Below are positions 38,127-49,228 of a stretch of DNA of 64,000 nucleotides, in pieces. Each line of letters begins with the position of its first letter. The stretch's first letter is position 1. Source of the stretch: an uncultured bacterium (GTDB lineage: Bacteria; Fidelibacterota; JAANXI01); contig CAYPST010000011.1 in assembly GCA_964413425.1 (NCBI GenBank), forward strand, positions 1,646 through 65,645. Direction: 5' to 3'. Made by a program: the position numbers and the translations under genes. The notes under the pieces are model-generated. The model was not told the DNA's origin and did not search any database. It saw only the letters and a program-made list of their open reading frames with translations.

Positions 38127-39503
38127 CTAGAACTGACTGATTTCGATCTTATGCTTAATGGATTTTATCCGATGATGCAAATCAGAATCTTTCTGGATTT
38201 TATCGTCTATCACCTTACAGGCGTGGACGACGGTACTATGATCCCGGCCGCCAAAATGGAGGCCAATGGTTTTCAGCGATGATCCCGTCATCTCCCGACA
38301 GAGATACATCGCAATTTGACGGGCCAGTGCGACCTCCTTTTTCCGCCCCTTCCCAATGAGGTCCGATTCTCCCACCCCCATAATTTCCCCGGTCATGCGC
38401 TGGATATCATCAATGGAAACGGAGGAGGAAAAGTTTTTGTCAATGATCTCACGCAACACCCGTTTGGCCAGATCAACAGTTATGTCGGTATTCGACAGGG
38501 ACGAAAAGGCTAATAAGCGAATGAGCGCTCCCTCCAGATCCCGCACATTCGAGGTGATATTCGCCGCCAGAAACTCGATGATATCATAAGAGATCTCAAT
38601 CCCATCCTCCTGCGCTTTATGCTGCAGGATGGCGATTCTGGTCTCCAGATCCGGAGGTTGGATATCGGCTATTAAGCCGGCCTGAAACCGTGACAGCAGC
38701 CGCTCCTCCATCCCGGAGAGTTCCTTCGGGGCACGATCGGAGGTCAAGACAATTTGTTTTCCGGACTGGTATAACGCATTGAAGGTATGAAAAAACTGTT
38801 CCTGGGTGGATTCCTTCTTCTGGAAGAATTGGACATCATCCACCATCAACAGATCCACATTGCGATAATGTTCGGAAAACTCAGTGGTTTTATTATTCTT
38901 TATGGAGTTAATGAACTCCAGGGTAAATTTTTCACTGGAAGTATAGAGGACCCGGTTTGCCGTCCGAGTCTGCAAAGATTTATTCCCGATGGCCTGGGCC
39001 AGATGGGTTTTTCCAAGTCCAACTCCTCCATAAAGCACCAGGGGATTAAAGGACGTCCCCCCGGGAGCTTCCGCAATGGCCAGTGCAGCCGCTCGGGCAA
39101 ATTCATTATTATCACCTTCGACAAAATTATCAAACGTATATCGATCATTCAGATAGCTCTCCAGCTGCTGCCGGCGGATAAAGCCGGGCTCGGCCGATAC
39201 TGCAGGAATGGGCGGCCCCTGGATAGTATCTTCTGAATACACCACGGAATACGCTAATTTCAGGCCATTGCCAGAGACCTGCTGCAGCACGGAATTCATC
39301 AAATCCTTGTAATGATTCTCAATCCATTCATAGAAGAAATGACTGGGCACCTGAACCGTGAGTTTCTCCTCATCAAGCCCGACCGGTTCAATCGGTTTAA
39401 ACCAGGTTTCAAACGTCTGATCCGGCACTCGCCCTCGTATGAGCTGCAAACATTCCTGCCAAATACCTTCCGGAGAAGCGTCCATTTCGTCGTTATTCCC
39501 CAC
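38127..39503 (-). CDS. dnaA: Chromosomal replication initiator DnaA
   Basis: YTFDNFV, FNPLVLYGGVGLGKTHL, NVRDLEGAL, and domain IV RQIAMYL..GGRDHSTVVHA. Confidence 0.97.
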   Translation of the reverse strand: MGNNDEMDASPEGIWQECLQLIRGRVPDQTFETWFKPIEPVGLDEEKLTVQVPSHFFYEWIENHYKDLMNSVLQQVSGNGLKLAYSVVYSEDTIQGPPIPAVSAEPGFIRRQQLESYLNDRYTFDNFVEGDNNEFARAAALAIAEAPGGTSFNPLVLYGGVGLGKTHLAQAIGNKSLQTRTANRVLYTSSEKFTLEFINSIKNNKTTEFSEHYRNVDLLMVDDVQFFQKKESTQEQFFHTFNALYQSGKQIVLTSDRAPKELSGMEERLLSRFQAGLIADIQPPDLETRIAILQHKAQEDGIEISYDIIEFLAANITSNVRDLEGALIRLLAFSSLSNTDITVDLAKRVLREIIDKNFSSSVSIDDIQRMTGEIMGVGESDLIGKGRKKEVALARQIAMYLCREMTGSSLKTIGLHFGGRDHSTVVHACKVIDDKIQKDSDLHHRIKSIKHKIEISQF

Positions 39504-39516
39504 CTTCGGTTAAGAG

Positions 39517-39748
39517 TTATCAACAATTATCTTGCTAAAAAATTACAGGGATGGCTGCCAGCCAACAATTCCGGAAAAATATAGGGCTCCACAGTTTTCC
39601 ACACCGCTAATAAGCATATAAGTCAAAGAAAACCAAATAGCTATACCGAATAAAGAACCCCGGAAACCCCTTCAATTCAAACTCTGTTCAATTTTCGGTG
39701 AACATCTTTTGTACATGAGATATCAACATTATCCACAAGTTATCCACA
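39517..39748. promoter_or_regulatory. DnaA-box cluster upstream of dnaA
   Basis: Perfect TTATCCACA at 39729-39737 and 39740-39748. One-mismatch boxes TTATCAACA at 39517 and TTTTCCACA at 39595. Confidence 0.85.
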
Positions 39749-40060
39749 TCCGTTCACTCTTACTACAATCAAATTATAACACCGTCTACTTATGTCAAGA
39801 TAATTTTACAAAAATATTCCGTGGCGGTCTGAACCGGTGAGAAGACTGATATTCCCTTCCACTTATTCATCTTGTTCATCCCTGGCACGAGATTAAAAAT
39901 GTTGTCGAATTCCAGCGCTCCTCCTCTGCGGATCCCGGGAACATTCTCAGTTTCACCTCTTATAAGACGCCGAATATTATTCATGCTTGTTTTTCCAATT
40001 GCCTTCATTAAATTTGAAAGCTGTATGAAAATGGTTGAATAAATAGATGGAAGGAACCTC

Positions 40061-40192
40061 ATGGCGAAACGAACATATCAACCAAGTAGGCGCAAAAGAA
40101 AAAATAAACATGGCTTCCGCAAACGGATGAAGAGCAAAGGTGGCCGGAATGTGCTCAAAAGAAGGCGTAAAAAAGGAAGAAAGCGGATGTAA
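40061..40192 (+). CDS. rpmH: 50S ribosomal protein L34 (absent from the ORF track)
   Basis: Hand translation [43 protein letters not shown], with an AAGGA RBS. Confidence 0.97.
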   Translation: MAKRTYQPSRRKRKNKHGFRKRMKSKGGRNVLKRRRKKGRKRM

Positions 40193-40541
40193 GGCCGAAC
40201 GAACGGGGCGGGCTGATAATACACTACCTAAATCAATAATTATCAGCAAGAAACGCTGTTTCGACGACCTTTTCTCGCGTGGCCGACGTCTGCGTGGTAC
40301 TCTCGGGCAACTGATTGTTCACCCCTGCTCTGAAACCAGGGTCGCCTTTGTTGTCGGCAAAAAAGTAGGGTCGGCGGTGGTAAGGAATACACTGAAACGG
40401 TATGTCCGGGAATACTATCGCACGCACAAAGCGTTAATTCCCGATCACCTGGCGGTAGTTTTTCAGATTTTCCCGGGGTCCTCGCTTCCGGGTTATCACG
40501 ATATTGCATCGGAGTTCACGGATCTATGTCAAAAATTATAA
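40149..40541 (+). CDS. rnpA: Ribonuclease P protein component (start uncertain)
   Basis: TLPKS...F..G...[21 protein letters not shown] (RNR-like motif) and its position after rpmH. Confidence 0.85.
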   Translation: MCSKEGVKKEESGCKAERTGRADNTLPKSIIISKKRCFDDLFSRGRRLRGTLGQLIVHPCSETRVAFVVGKKVGSAVVRNTLKRYVREYYRTHKALIPDHLAVVFQIFPGSSLPGYHDIASEFTDLCQKL

Positions 40542-40777
40542 ACCGGATTCTCGTCTTCCTGATTCGGCTCTATCAGGGGTTCATCTCCCCCTTATTCCCC
40601 AATACCTGCAGATTTTATCCAACCTGTTCCCAATATACCATCGAGGCCCTGCGTACCCGGTCGTTCTATAAGGCCATCTGGTTAGGACTGAAACGCATAG
40701 GGAAGTGCCATCCCTGGCATAGCGGGGGCTATGACCCTGTCCAGAAACCTGAAGATACAGGGATGAAACATGGATAA
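40526..40777 (+). CDS. yidD: Membrane protein insertion efficiency factor YidD
   Basis: YQGFISP..CRFYPTCSQY..RIGKCHPWHSGGYDP. Confidence 0.95.
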   Translation: MSKIINRILVFLIRLYQGFISPLFPNTCRFYPTCSQYTIEALRTRSFYKAIWLGLKRIGKCHPWHSGGYDPVQKPEDTGMKHG

Positions 40778-42545
40778 CATGGATAGCAAGACCATTATCG
40801 CCTATATTTTAATTTTAGTTATTATTTTTCTCACACCCTTTTATTATAACTTCTTTTTCGAATCCCCGGCACCTCCGTCATCTGATTCATTATCCGTGGT
40901 ACAAGACACTGCAGCTCCCTCTCCCTCTCCCTCACCCTCACCATCTCAGGACACCATAATCCGGGATCAAGAGGCGCCGGCGGAACCTGCACTCCAGGCG
41001 AGTGGCCTTGCAGAGGAGGAACCCGCCATCGCTCCGGAAAGTATTGATACCCTCACCGTCGAAACGTCAAAATTCTGGATCGCACTAACCAATATTGGCG
41101 GCGGGACTATCCATTCCGTCAAGCTCAAGGAGTACCCCGGTCCAAATGGATCCCAGTACGTTGAACTGATCCCCGAGTACGCGGATCACGTACTCGGCTT
41201 TTCCACCACGGGTTTTGATGGCCAGACCATCGATTACCAGGACCGGCCTTTTCACCTTGTCAATGTGCCCGAGTTCGGTGCGGCCGACACTTTACATATT
41301 TCCCACCCAACTCCCTTGGCGTTCGAGTACACCACTTCAGAAGGAGGGACTCTGACCAGAACGCTCACTTTCTATCCGGATCGCTATCACATCGGCCTGA
41401 CTGTTACCCTGAATCAGTTTCGGGATATTATCGCCAACCGTCAGTATGAACTCTTCTGGAATAGCGGGATAGCCATTACCGAAGAGAACGCCAGCGACGA
41501 TCTCAATTACAGTAAAGCCTATAGTTTACTCGGAGATGATCTGGTTGATATCGACGCCTCCAAAGCAAAACCAGGCAACCCAGCCGCGGAATCATTCGAA
41601 GGCACCACCCGATGGGTGGCGGTCCGAAATAAATATTTCACTTCCATCATCACTCCTGTCTCAAGCAATGCAATTGGCATGCATCTCATCGGAACCAGGC
41701 TGAGCCGGGAAAATATTGACTTGAAGCAGTACTCCGCAAATGTCATTATGCCTTTTCAAGAGACCGCAGTTCAGCGGGATTCTTTTTTCGTCTATATTGG
41801 TCCACTGGATTATAACGTCCTGAAAGATTATAACCGGGACTTTGAACGAATGATGAATTTCGGCTGGAAAATCATTCGCCCCATCAGTAAAGCAGTCCTC
41901 TGGGCCTTTACCGCCCTGCACAATTACATTCCGAATTACGGCCTCGTGCTCATACTCTTTGGGGTAGTCGTCAAAATCCTGGTTTTTCCCTTGACCAAGA
42001 AGAGTTATGTCTCAATGAAGTCGATGCAGACGCTTCAGCCCAAAATCCAGGAGCTGCGTGAAAAGTACAAAGACGACTCACAAAAAATGAATCAGGAGAT
42101 GATGAAGCTCTATAAAGAACATGGCGTGAATCCTATGGGCGGATGCTTGCCAATGCTGCTTCAGATGCCACTTCTCTATGCACTCTTTATTGTGTTCCGA
42201 TCCACCATCGAGCTCCGGGGTGCTGAATTCATCCTCTGGATAAAAGATCTGTCACAGCCCGATACCGTGCTCACCCTTCCGTTTTCCCTGCCGTTATATG
42301 GGGCACAGGTGAGTGTGCTCCCCCTGATCATGGCCGGAACGATGATTCTTCAGCAGGGTATCTCAGCGACAGGCACCTCGAATCAGCAGCAGAAAATGAT
42401 GATGTGGTTTATGCCCATTCTGTTTCTCCTCATTTTTAATAATTTTCCCTCTGGTCTTAATTTGTACTACGCACTCTTTAATATCATGACCATAATTCAG
42501 CAAAAGTGGTTCATTGATATTCCATCTGGAACTGCAGAAGAATAA
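40770..42545 (+). CDS. yidC: Membrane protein insertase YidC
   Basis: Periplasmic domain, NYGLVLILFGVVVKIL, GVNPMGGCLPMLLQMP and PSGLNLYY motifs. Confidence 0.95.
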   Translation: MDNMDSKTIIAYILILVIIFLTPFYYNFFFESPAPPSSDSLSVVQDTAAPSPSPSPSPSQDTIIRDQEAPAEPALQASGLAEEEPAIAPESIDTLTVETSKFWIALTNIGGGTIHSVKLKEYPGPNGSQYVELIPEYADHVLGFSTTGFDGQTIDYQDRPFHLVNVPEFGAADTLHISHPTPLAFEYTTSEGGTLTRTLTFYPDRYHIGLTVTLNQFRDIIANRQYELFWNSGIAITEENASDDLNYSKAYSLLGDDLVDIDASKAKPGNPAAESFEGTTRWVAVRNKYFTSIITPVSSNAIGMHLIGTRLSRENIDLKQYSANVIMPFQETAVQRDSFFVYIGPLDYNVLKDYNRDFERMMNFGWKIIRPISKAVLWAFTALHNYIPNYGLVLILFGVVVKILVFPLTKKSYVSMKSMQTLQPKIQELREKYKDDSQKMNQEMMKLYKEHGVNPMGGCLPMLLQMPLLYALFIVFRSTIELRGAEFILWIKDLSQPDTVLTLPFSLPLYGAQVSVLPLIMAGTMILQQGISATGTSNQQQKMMMWFMPILFLLIFNNFPSGLNLYYALFNIMTIIQQKWFIDIPSGTAEE

Positions 42546-42609
42546 CGGGGTTAGTAATAAAAACGGTCGAGGAAGATTCACTCAGGTATACACAGATAGG
42601 TGACCACGC

Positions 42610-43989
42610 ATGTCATCTACCCATAATCAGGAAGACACGATTGCTGCTATTGCCACTCCACACGGGATTGGCGGGCTGGCTGTTGTGCGCATATCCGGTG
42701 CCAAATCCCTTGATATAGCAGAGAAATGTATCACTACTACTGCGGAAGATCTGCGGCCACAGCACGCAGCGTATACGTATTTCCAAAATCCGCAATCCGG
42801 AGAAACCCTTGATGAAGTGGTAATTACTTATTTTAGAGCGCCGAAATCATACACTGCTGAAGACGTAGTCGAAATAGCCTGTCACGGTGGGTATTTTGTT
42901 GCAGAATCCATTTTGCGGACATTGTTGATGCAGGGTGCCAGAATGAGCCAACCCGGCGAATTCACCAAACGGGCGTTTCTGAACGGACGCATTGACCTGA
43001 CCCAGGCGGAGGCAGTGGCCGATCTGATCCACGCGCAAACGTCTGCCAGTCATCGACTGGCAATCCACCAGCTCCAGGGCCGGATCAAGGAAAAAGCCTC
43101 CGGCATCCGCCAGCAATTGATCGACACCGTCTCGCTGCTGGAATTAGAGCTCGACTTTTCCGAGCACGAGATTTCGCACACCCCATACGAAGCGATAGAA
43201 TTGGCCTTGCAAGACATCTATGAATCATGTGAACAACTTGTGGACAGTTATCAAAACGGAAAATTATATCGCAACGGGATTCTCACCGCAATCGTTGGGG
43301 CGCCGAATGCCGGTAAATCCAGTATTTTAAATGCCTTATTACAGGAAGAACGAGCTCTTGTCTCCGAGGTTCCCGGCACCACCAGGGATACCCTGGAGGA
43401 GTCAATTTCCCATAATGGTGTGGAAATCCGGCTTGTGGATACCGCCGGTCTCAGAGAGTCTGAAGACACCGTAGAATCCCTGGGAATTTCCCGGGCACAG
43501 ACAGTCATCGAACGGGCGGACATCATTTTGCACGTGATTGATGTGACCAGATCCCAGGAGAAAAGACATCCGCTGGAAACTAACGGCACCCCGGTCATTA
43601 CTCTTCACAATAAAATCGATCTCCTCCCCGAAGAGGACCGAGGTCGCTACCGGAGCATGCTGCCGGATAATGCGCTGCCAACCTCCGCAACAGAAATGCT
43701 CGGAATCACTGATATCGGGGATCGCGTGCTGCAGGCGGCCCTCGGGAACGGCCAACCACAAGAATCAACGGATACACCAACGATAACAAATCAGCGCCAT
43801 CGTGACGCGTTGCGCAACACCCTTAAATCTCTTGACAGAGCGATACAAAGCACGAAACAGCGTTATTCTTCAGAATTTATTGTGATTGACCTCAGAGCAG
43901 CAATGGATTCTCTGGGATTGCTTACCGGGGAAACGACCACGGACGACATTCTAAACAATATCTTTTCGAAGTTCTGCATAGGCAAATAA
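42610..43989 (+). CDS. mnmE: tRNA modification GTPase MnmE
   Basis: [26 protein letters not shown], and C-terminal FSKFCIGK. Confidence 0.97.
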   Translation: MSSTHNQEDTIAAIATPHGIGGLAVVRISGAKSLDIAEKCITTTAEDLRPQHAAYTYFQNPQSGETLDEVVITYFRAPKSYTAEDVVEIACHGGYFVAESILRTLLMQGARMSQPGEFTKRAFLNGRIDLTQAEAVADLIHAQTSASHRLAIHQLQGRIKEKASGIRQQLIDTVSLLELELDFSEHEISHTPYEAIELALQDIYESCEQLVDSYQNGKLYRNGILTAIVGAPNAGKSSILNALLQEERALVSEVPGTTRDTLEESISHNGVEIRLVDTAGLRESEDTVESLGISRAQTVIERADIILHVIDVTRSQEKRHPLETNGTPVITLHNKIDLLPEEDRGRYRSMLPDNALPTSATEMLGITDIGDRVLQAALGNGQPQESTDTPTITNQRHRDALRNTLKSLDRAIQSTKQRYSSEFIVIDLRAAMDSLGLLTGETTTDDILNNIFSKFCIGK

Positions 43990-44002
43990 TCGAAACAGGA
44001 GG

Positions 44003-45922
44003 ATGAAGTTCAGGATGGTTTCACGTGAAACAGCTGTCTCAACCAGACAATTCGATGTCATTGTGGTGGGTGGGGGACATGCCGGCACCGAAGCAGGTTT
44101 GGCCGCAGCCCGGAAAGGGTTTCGTACCTTACTGATCACCCTCAATCTGGATGCCATTGCCCGGATGTCCTGCAATCCAGCCATCGGCGGTCTTGCCAAA
44201 GGCCATATGGTGCGGGAGATAGATGCACTGGGAGGGGAAATGGCAAGGGTCATAGACGAGACCGGCCTGCAGTTCAAAATGTTGAACAAATCAAAAGGGC
44301 AGGCCGTCTGGTCGCCAAGGGCCCAGGCGGATAAGATCACCTATCCGGCAGCAATGACCCGGCGATTGATTCAGGAACCAAATGTCTACCTGCTGCAAGA
44401 TGAAGGCATAGCACTGGAGGTCTCCGGCGACCGGGTCAGGGCCGTGATAACACGCAGTCATGGCTCCATTCCCTGCCGCACCGCTATACTGACCTGTGGT
44501 ACCTTTATGAACGGCCTGATTCATATCGGGCTCCGTCAAATCCGGGCGGGCCGGTTGAATGAACGCCGATCTGCGGGAATGACCGAATACCTGCACAGCA
44601 TCGGTTTTGAGTATGGCCGCCTGAAGACCGGCACCCCCCCACGATTGGTGAAGGGTTCCATTGACTTTCGCAAAACGCGAGTGGAAACCGGGGACAAAAA
44701 TCCAACGCCCTTTTCGTACCGTACCAAAAATTTCCACCCGGATGACGTCCCCTGTCATTCCACACGCACGACTCCGGAGACGCATGAAATCATCCGGGAA
44801 GGGTTAGATCGTTCACCAATGTATACCGGAGTGATTGAAGGGGTGGGGCCCCGATATTGCCCATCAGTGGAGGATAAGGTGGTTCGATTCGAACACCGGG
44901 AGAGTCATCATATTTTTCTGGAGCCGGAGTGGAAAAACTCGCCGGAAATCTACGTGAACGGATTTGCTACCAGCCTTCCGGAAGATATCCAAATCCGGGC
45001 CATTCATACCATCCCCGGCTTGGAGAACGCCGAGTTTCTTCGTCCGGGCTATGCCATCGAATACGACTTCTTCCCGCCCTCCCAGTTGAAACCAACCCTG
45101 GAGACTCAACGTGTGCACGGCTTATTTTTTGCCGGACAGATTAACGGCACTTCCGGTTATGAGGAAGCGGCGGCACAGGGACTGCTGGCTGGTCTCAACG
45201 CCGCCCAGTGGTTGCTCGATGAGGACCCCATCATTCTTGATCGCTGTGAAGCCTATATAGGTGTATTGATTGATGATCTGGTGACGAAGGACACCCTGGA
45301 ACCGTATCGCATGTTTACCTCCCGTGCGGAATATCGCTTATTACTGCGTCATGATAATGCGGACTTTCGTTTGATGAAATACGGCTGGCAGGTGGGACTA
45401 ATTCCGGATGAGGTATATCGCCGCTCCCGGGAACGGCGATCCGCTATTGACCACGGCATTGCTCTTCTGGAACAGACCAGCGTCGCACCCGAGGAGGTCA
45501 ACGATGATCTGTCGTCAGCAGGCACCAAACCCATCGATCAGCAATTGCCGGCCATCCGGCTGCTGCGCCGGCCGGAGGTCACCTTCGAAACCGTCAGGCG
45601 CCTCCGGGAAATCATCGCACAGAATCTTGCCCCATCTGTGAACCTGAATGACGTGTTGGATCAAATTCATATTGAAGTGAAGTACGAAGGGTATATTCAG
45701 CGGCAGCAGGAGCAGGTGGAAAAATTCCGCAAGCAAGAAACTAAACGCATTCCTGAGGACTTTGATTATTCCGCAATTCATGCTCTCGCCACGGAAGCCC
45801 GGGAGAAATTGCAGCAAATTCGCCCCCATTCCCTGGGCCAGGCCTCGCGAATACAGGGCGTCTCCCCTGCAGATATATCAGTTCTCTCCGTCCATCTCAA
45901 GCGATCCGCATCAGCCGCATGA
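44003..45922 (+). CDS. mnmG: tRNA uridine 5-carboxymethylaminomethyl modification enzyme MnmG
   Basis: [32 protein letters not shown] and [16 protein letters not shown] motifs. Confidence 0.97.
   Translation: MKFRMVSRETAVSTRQFDVIVVGGGHAGTEAGLAAARKGFRTLLITLNLDAIARMSCNPAIGGLAKGHMVREIDALGGEMARVIDETGLQFKMLNKSKGQAVWSPRAQADKITYPAAMTRRLIQEPNVYLLQDEGIALEVSGDRVRAVITRSHGSIPCRTAILTCGTFMNGLIHIGLRQIRAGRLNERRSAGMTEYLHSIGFEYGRLKTGTPPRLVKGSIDFRKTRVETGDKNPTPFSYRTKNFHPDDVPCHSTRTTPETHEIIREGLDRSPMYTGVIEGVGPRYCPSVEDKVVRFEHRESHHIFLEPEWKNSPEIYVNGFATSLPEDIQIRAIHTIPGLENAEFLRPGYAIEYDFFPPSQLKPTLETQRVHGLFFAGQINGTSGYEEAAAQGLLAGLNAAQWLLDEDPIILDRCEAYIGVLIDDLVTKDTLEPYRMFTSRAEYRLLLRHDNADFRLMKYGWQVGLIPDEVYRRSRERRSAIDHGIALLEQTSVAPEEVNDDLSSAGTKPIDQQLPAIRLLRRPEVTFETVRRLREIIAQNLAPSVNLNDVLDQIHIEVKYEGYIQRQQEQVEKFRKQETKRIPEDFDYSAIHALATEAREKLQQIRPHSLGQASRIQGVSPADISVLSVHLKRSASAA
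44017..44032. other. parS centromere-like site (one mismatch), within the 5' end of mnmG
   Basis: GGTTTCACGTGAAACA versus the consensus TGTTNCACGTGAAACA. Confidence 0.8.
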
Positions 45923-45938
45923 TGTTTCACGTGAAACA
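45923..45938. other. parS centromere-like site (perfect palindrome)
   Basis: TGTTTCACGTGAAACA fills the gap between the mnmG stop and the mfd start. Confidence 0.92.
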
Positions 45939-48900
45939 TGCCTGATCCCATTCAGCAAATTCGGAAAGCCGTTCGATCAACCCCGGAATACCACGCGCTC
46001 CGCGACGGAACAGGGGGCAGCATCCGGGTTGCAGGCATCCAGGGCTCGCTGGCCAGTTTCCTGGTTGGGGAACTCCACACAGAACTGCAACGTCCGCTGC
46101 TGATTATTACAGCAGATCGCGCCTCCGCCGAATACCTCCGAGACGACCTTTCGGTGGTGTATGGAGAGGGCCGGGTGGGGTACTTCCCTCCCAGCGACCA
46201 CCATACCGGGGGCCATTATTTCCGGGCCACAGCCGACGAATTTCGAGTGGATGCCCTGGAGAAAACGCTGCGTCCGGATCCTACCTTGTTGGTGGCGGAA
46301 TGGGAGGCGCTGGATGAACCAATCATGGAACGCCAGGCCTTCGAACAGCAAACCTTCACCTTAAGCAAAGGTGCCTCATACGATTTTCAGGGCCTCATAC
46401 ATCAGCTGCTGCACGCCGGTTATACCAAAGAATCTGCCGTGATGCAGCCCCTGGAGGTCAGCGTCCGGGGCGGTATTGTGGATGTGTTTCCCCTGGGGGT
46501 GGAAAATCCGATTCGCCTGGAATTCTTCGGAGATGACCTGGAATCGATCCGAACGTTCAGCATTTCTTCCCAGCGATCCCTGCAGAAACTCGACCGAATT
46601 CAAATCCCTCCGGCTCTTACCGTATCTGAATCCGGGGATCATGGGGAGACCTTATTGTGGAATTACCTCTCCGAAGAGACCCTTATCGTGTGGCACTACG
46701 TTGATGATATCCTCCCCGAAACTGACGCAGAGCTAACTGCTTCTGTTCCGCCGGGAGCAAAGAGCTCCATGAAAACCATTCAAGATCGGTTTACGCAGGT
46801 CTTCAGTTATCGCGTCCCTTCGGGCCTGAGTGAGATTGATGTCAATTTTCGTTCCACTTCTCAATCCAACCTCCGGGGGAACCTTGAAGTCTTTCGATCT
46901 CAGCTTTCGGCACAACTGTCTGAAGGATACGAGGCATACATTTGCTGCGAAAATGCCGAGCAGGTGTTCCGTTTGAAGAGGGTTCTCGATCCCCATGCCA
47001 ATCAACATATCTTCTCCCAGGAATTATCTCTGGGATTTACGTATCCTGCTGCCGGACTGGTGGTGTACACAGATCATCAGATCTACAGTCGCTATAAACC
47101 GAGGCGTACCTTCAAAAAATTCGCCCACGAGGAGATCCCCAAGACGGTCGATCACCTCACGCTGGGAGACTATCTCGTTCATCAGGATTACGGCATCGGC
47201 ATCTTCCGGGGCCTGCAGAAAGTGCAGCAGCAGGCAGGGGAATACGAATGCATCGTTATTGAATATCAGGATGGTGACAAAGTATACGTTCCCCTGCAAA
47301 AATTTCACCGGGTGCAAAAATACCAGGGGACCGAGGGTACCACTCCCCGGATTCACAAACTTGGCAGCACCAGATGGGAGCGGACCAAACAGAAATCCAA
47401 ACAGGCCGCAGAAGAAGTGGCCGGAGATCTGGTGGAGTTGTATGGTACCCGACACACTATAGAAGGGCACCAATTCAGTCAAGACAACGAGTTCCAACTG
47501 CAGATGGAATCGGCGTTTCTCTACGAGGAAACGGAGGATCAAATTCAGACAACCCTGGACGTGAAAGAGGATATGGAGTCGCCGTTCCCCATGGACCGCC
47601 TGTTAATCGGTGATGTGGGGTTCGGGAAAACCGAGGTGGCACTTCGTGCTGCCTTCAAATCCGTGATGGATAGCAAACAGGTCGCCGTGCTGGTCCCCAC
47701 CACCATCCTCTCCGAACAACACTACGAAACGTTCTCCCGGCGATTGAAACGGTTTCCGGTGCGCATTGCGGCCTTGTCCCGTTTTCGTACAAAGAGTGAA
47801 CAGCGTGAACTTTTACAGGCTCTGAACAATGGTCAGCTCGACGTCATTATCGGAACACACCGCTTGCTATCGCAAGACGTACGCTTTCATGACCTTGGCC
47901 TGGTGATCGTGGACGAAGAGCATCGATTCGGGGTAAAACATAAAGAGAAATTCAAGCAAATGACCGAGCGGGTAGATGTGCTCTCCATGACAGCTACTCC
48001 GATTCCCCGAACGCTTCAGCTCTCCCTGTCAGGGGCCCGGGATCTCTCCAGAATAGAGACCCCTCCGAAGGAGCGGCTGCCAATTTATACCGAACTCGCT
48101 CATTTCGAGGACAACCTCCTTCAACAGGTGATTATGCGGGAAATTAACCGCGGAGGACAGGTATACTTCGTGCACAACCGCATTCAGACTATCTCTCCCA
48201 TCCATAAGCGGCTCACCACTCTCCTGCCTGACGTAAAGTTCGCGGTGGCCCATGGTCAGATGAAATCCGCGCATCTGGAACAGGTGATGTACGACTTTCT
48301 GCGCCGCAAATATGATGTGCTGATTTCCACTGCCATTATTGAATCAGGCATCGATATTCCGAACGTGAATACGATTATCATCAACCGGGCCGATCAAATG
48401 GGACTGGCCCAGCTCTATCAGCTTCGCGGCCGGGTGGGCCGGGCCAACCGTCGCGCCTACGCCTATTTGCTCGTTCCTTCCACCCAGAATATGACGCCGG
48501 AAGCACGCAGCCGTTTGCAGACGCTGGAAAGTTTTACGCACCTGGGCGCCGGATTTCAGATTGCTATGAAAGATCTTGCCATGCGGGGCGCTGGGAATCT
48601 GCTGGGATTGAAACAAAGCGGTTTCATTAACTCGGTGGGGTTTGACCTCTATATCGAGATGATTAACAAATCCGTCCAGGAAAAACAAATGGAACAGGGT
48701 CTTCAGACCATCCCCGCCAGAGAAACCGTGGATGCTGAAGTGAATACGGCATTCGATACCTATATCCCTGAGGAATACGTCACCGACCCCGACCAGCGGA
48801 TTGATCTCTACCGACGGCTGAGTGGAGCCACAGATCTGGACACGATTGATGACCTTGCCGTCGAAATCGAAGATCGATTCGGTCCGTTCCCACCCCAGGC

Positions 48901-49210
48901 AGAGAATCTTCTTGAATCCATGCGTATTAAAACTCTGTGCAATGAACTGGGAATTACCCGCTTAACAGTCGGACGTGAAAGGGTAAAAGGCCAATTTATC
49001 CCCGATGAGAAAATGCATAGTCTGATTAATTATGAAGAAATCGTGCCCACTATGCTTGAACATTCCAGGGATCGCTTCATCCCGAAATTCATCCCGGATG
49101 AACAGCTGCAATTTCAGTTGAAATTCCAGGGGAGCCAGAACAGGTTATCTCTGCTTAAATACTACTTGATGCAGCTGCTTGACTCCGTTAAATTATCCAA
49201 TTCTTGTTAA
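45938..49210 (+). CDS. mfd: Transcription-repair coupling factor
   Basis: GGIVDVF, MDRLLIGDVGFGKTEVA, DEEHRFG, MTATPIPRTL and QLRGRVGR motifs. Confidence 0.96.
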   Translation: MPDPIQQIRKAVRSTPEYHALRDGTGGSIRVAGIQGSLASFLVGELHTELQRPLLIITADRASAEYLRDDLSVVYGEGRVGYFPPSDHHTGGHYFRATADEFRVDALEKTLRPDPTLLVAEWEALDEPIMERQAFEQQTFTLSKGASYDFQGLIHQLLHAGYTKESAVMQPLEVSVRGGIVDVFPLGVENPIRLEFFGDDLESIRTFSISSQRSLQKLDRIQIPPALTVSESGDHGETLLWNYLSEETLIVWHYVDDILPETDAELTASVPPGAKSSMKTIQDRFTQVFSYRVPSGLSEIDVNFRSTSQSNLRGNLEVFRSQLSAQLSEGYEAYICCENAEQVFRLKRVLDPHANQHIFSQELSLGFTYPAAGLVVYTDHQIYSRYKPRRTFKKFAHEEIPKTVDHLTLGDYLVHQDYGIGIFRGLQKVQQQAGEYECIVIEYQDGDKVYVPLQKFHRVQKYQGTEGTTPRIHKLGSTRWERTKQKSKQAAEEVAGDLVELYGTRHTIEGHQFSQDNEFQLQMESAFLYEETEDQIQTTLDVKEDMESPFPMDRLLIGDVGFGKTEVALRAAFKSVMDSKQVAVLVPTTILSEQHYETFSRRLKRFPVRIAALSRFRTKSEQRELLQALNNGQLDVIIGTHRLLSQDVRFHDLGLVIVDEEHRFGVKHKEKFKQMTERVDVLSMTATPIPRTLQLSLSGARDLSRIETPPKERLPIYTELAHFEDNLLQQVIMREINRGGQVYFVHNRIQTISPIHKRLTTLLPDVKFAVAHGQMKSAHLEQVMYDFLRRKYDVLISTAIIESGIDIPNVNTIIINRADQMGLAQLYQLRGRVGRANRRAYAYLLVPSTQNMTPEARSRLQTLESFTHLGAGFQIAMKDLAMRGAGNLLGLKQSGFINSVGFDLYIEMINKSVQEKQMEQGLQTIPARETVDAEVNTAFDTYIPEEYVTDPDQRIDLYRRLSGATDLDTIDDLAVEIEDRFGPFPPQAENLLESMRIKTLCNELGITRLTVGRERVKGQFIPDEKMHSLINYEEIVPTMLEHSRDRFIPKFIPDEQLQFQLKFQGSQNRLSLLKYYLMQLLDSVKLSNSC

Positions 49211-49228
49211 GATAACCAAATCATTCGT

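Noticed and set aside
40905-40950. CCCTCT/CCCTCA microrepeat in yidC
   Set aside because: It encodes an ordinary Pro-Ser linker (PSPSPSPS) after the first TM helix.
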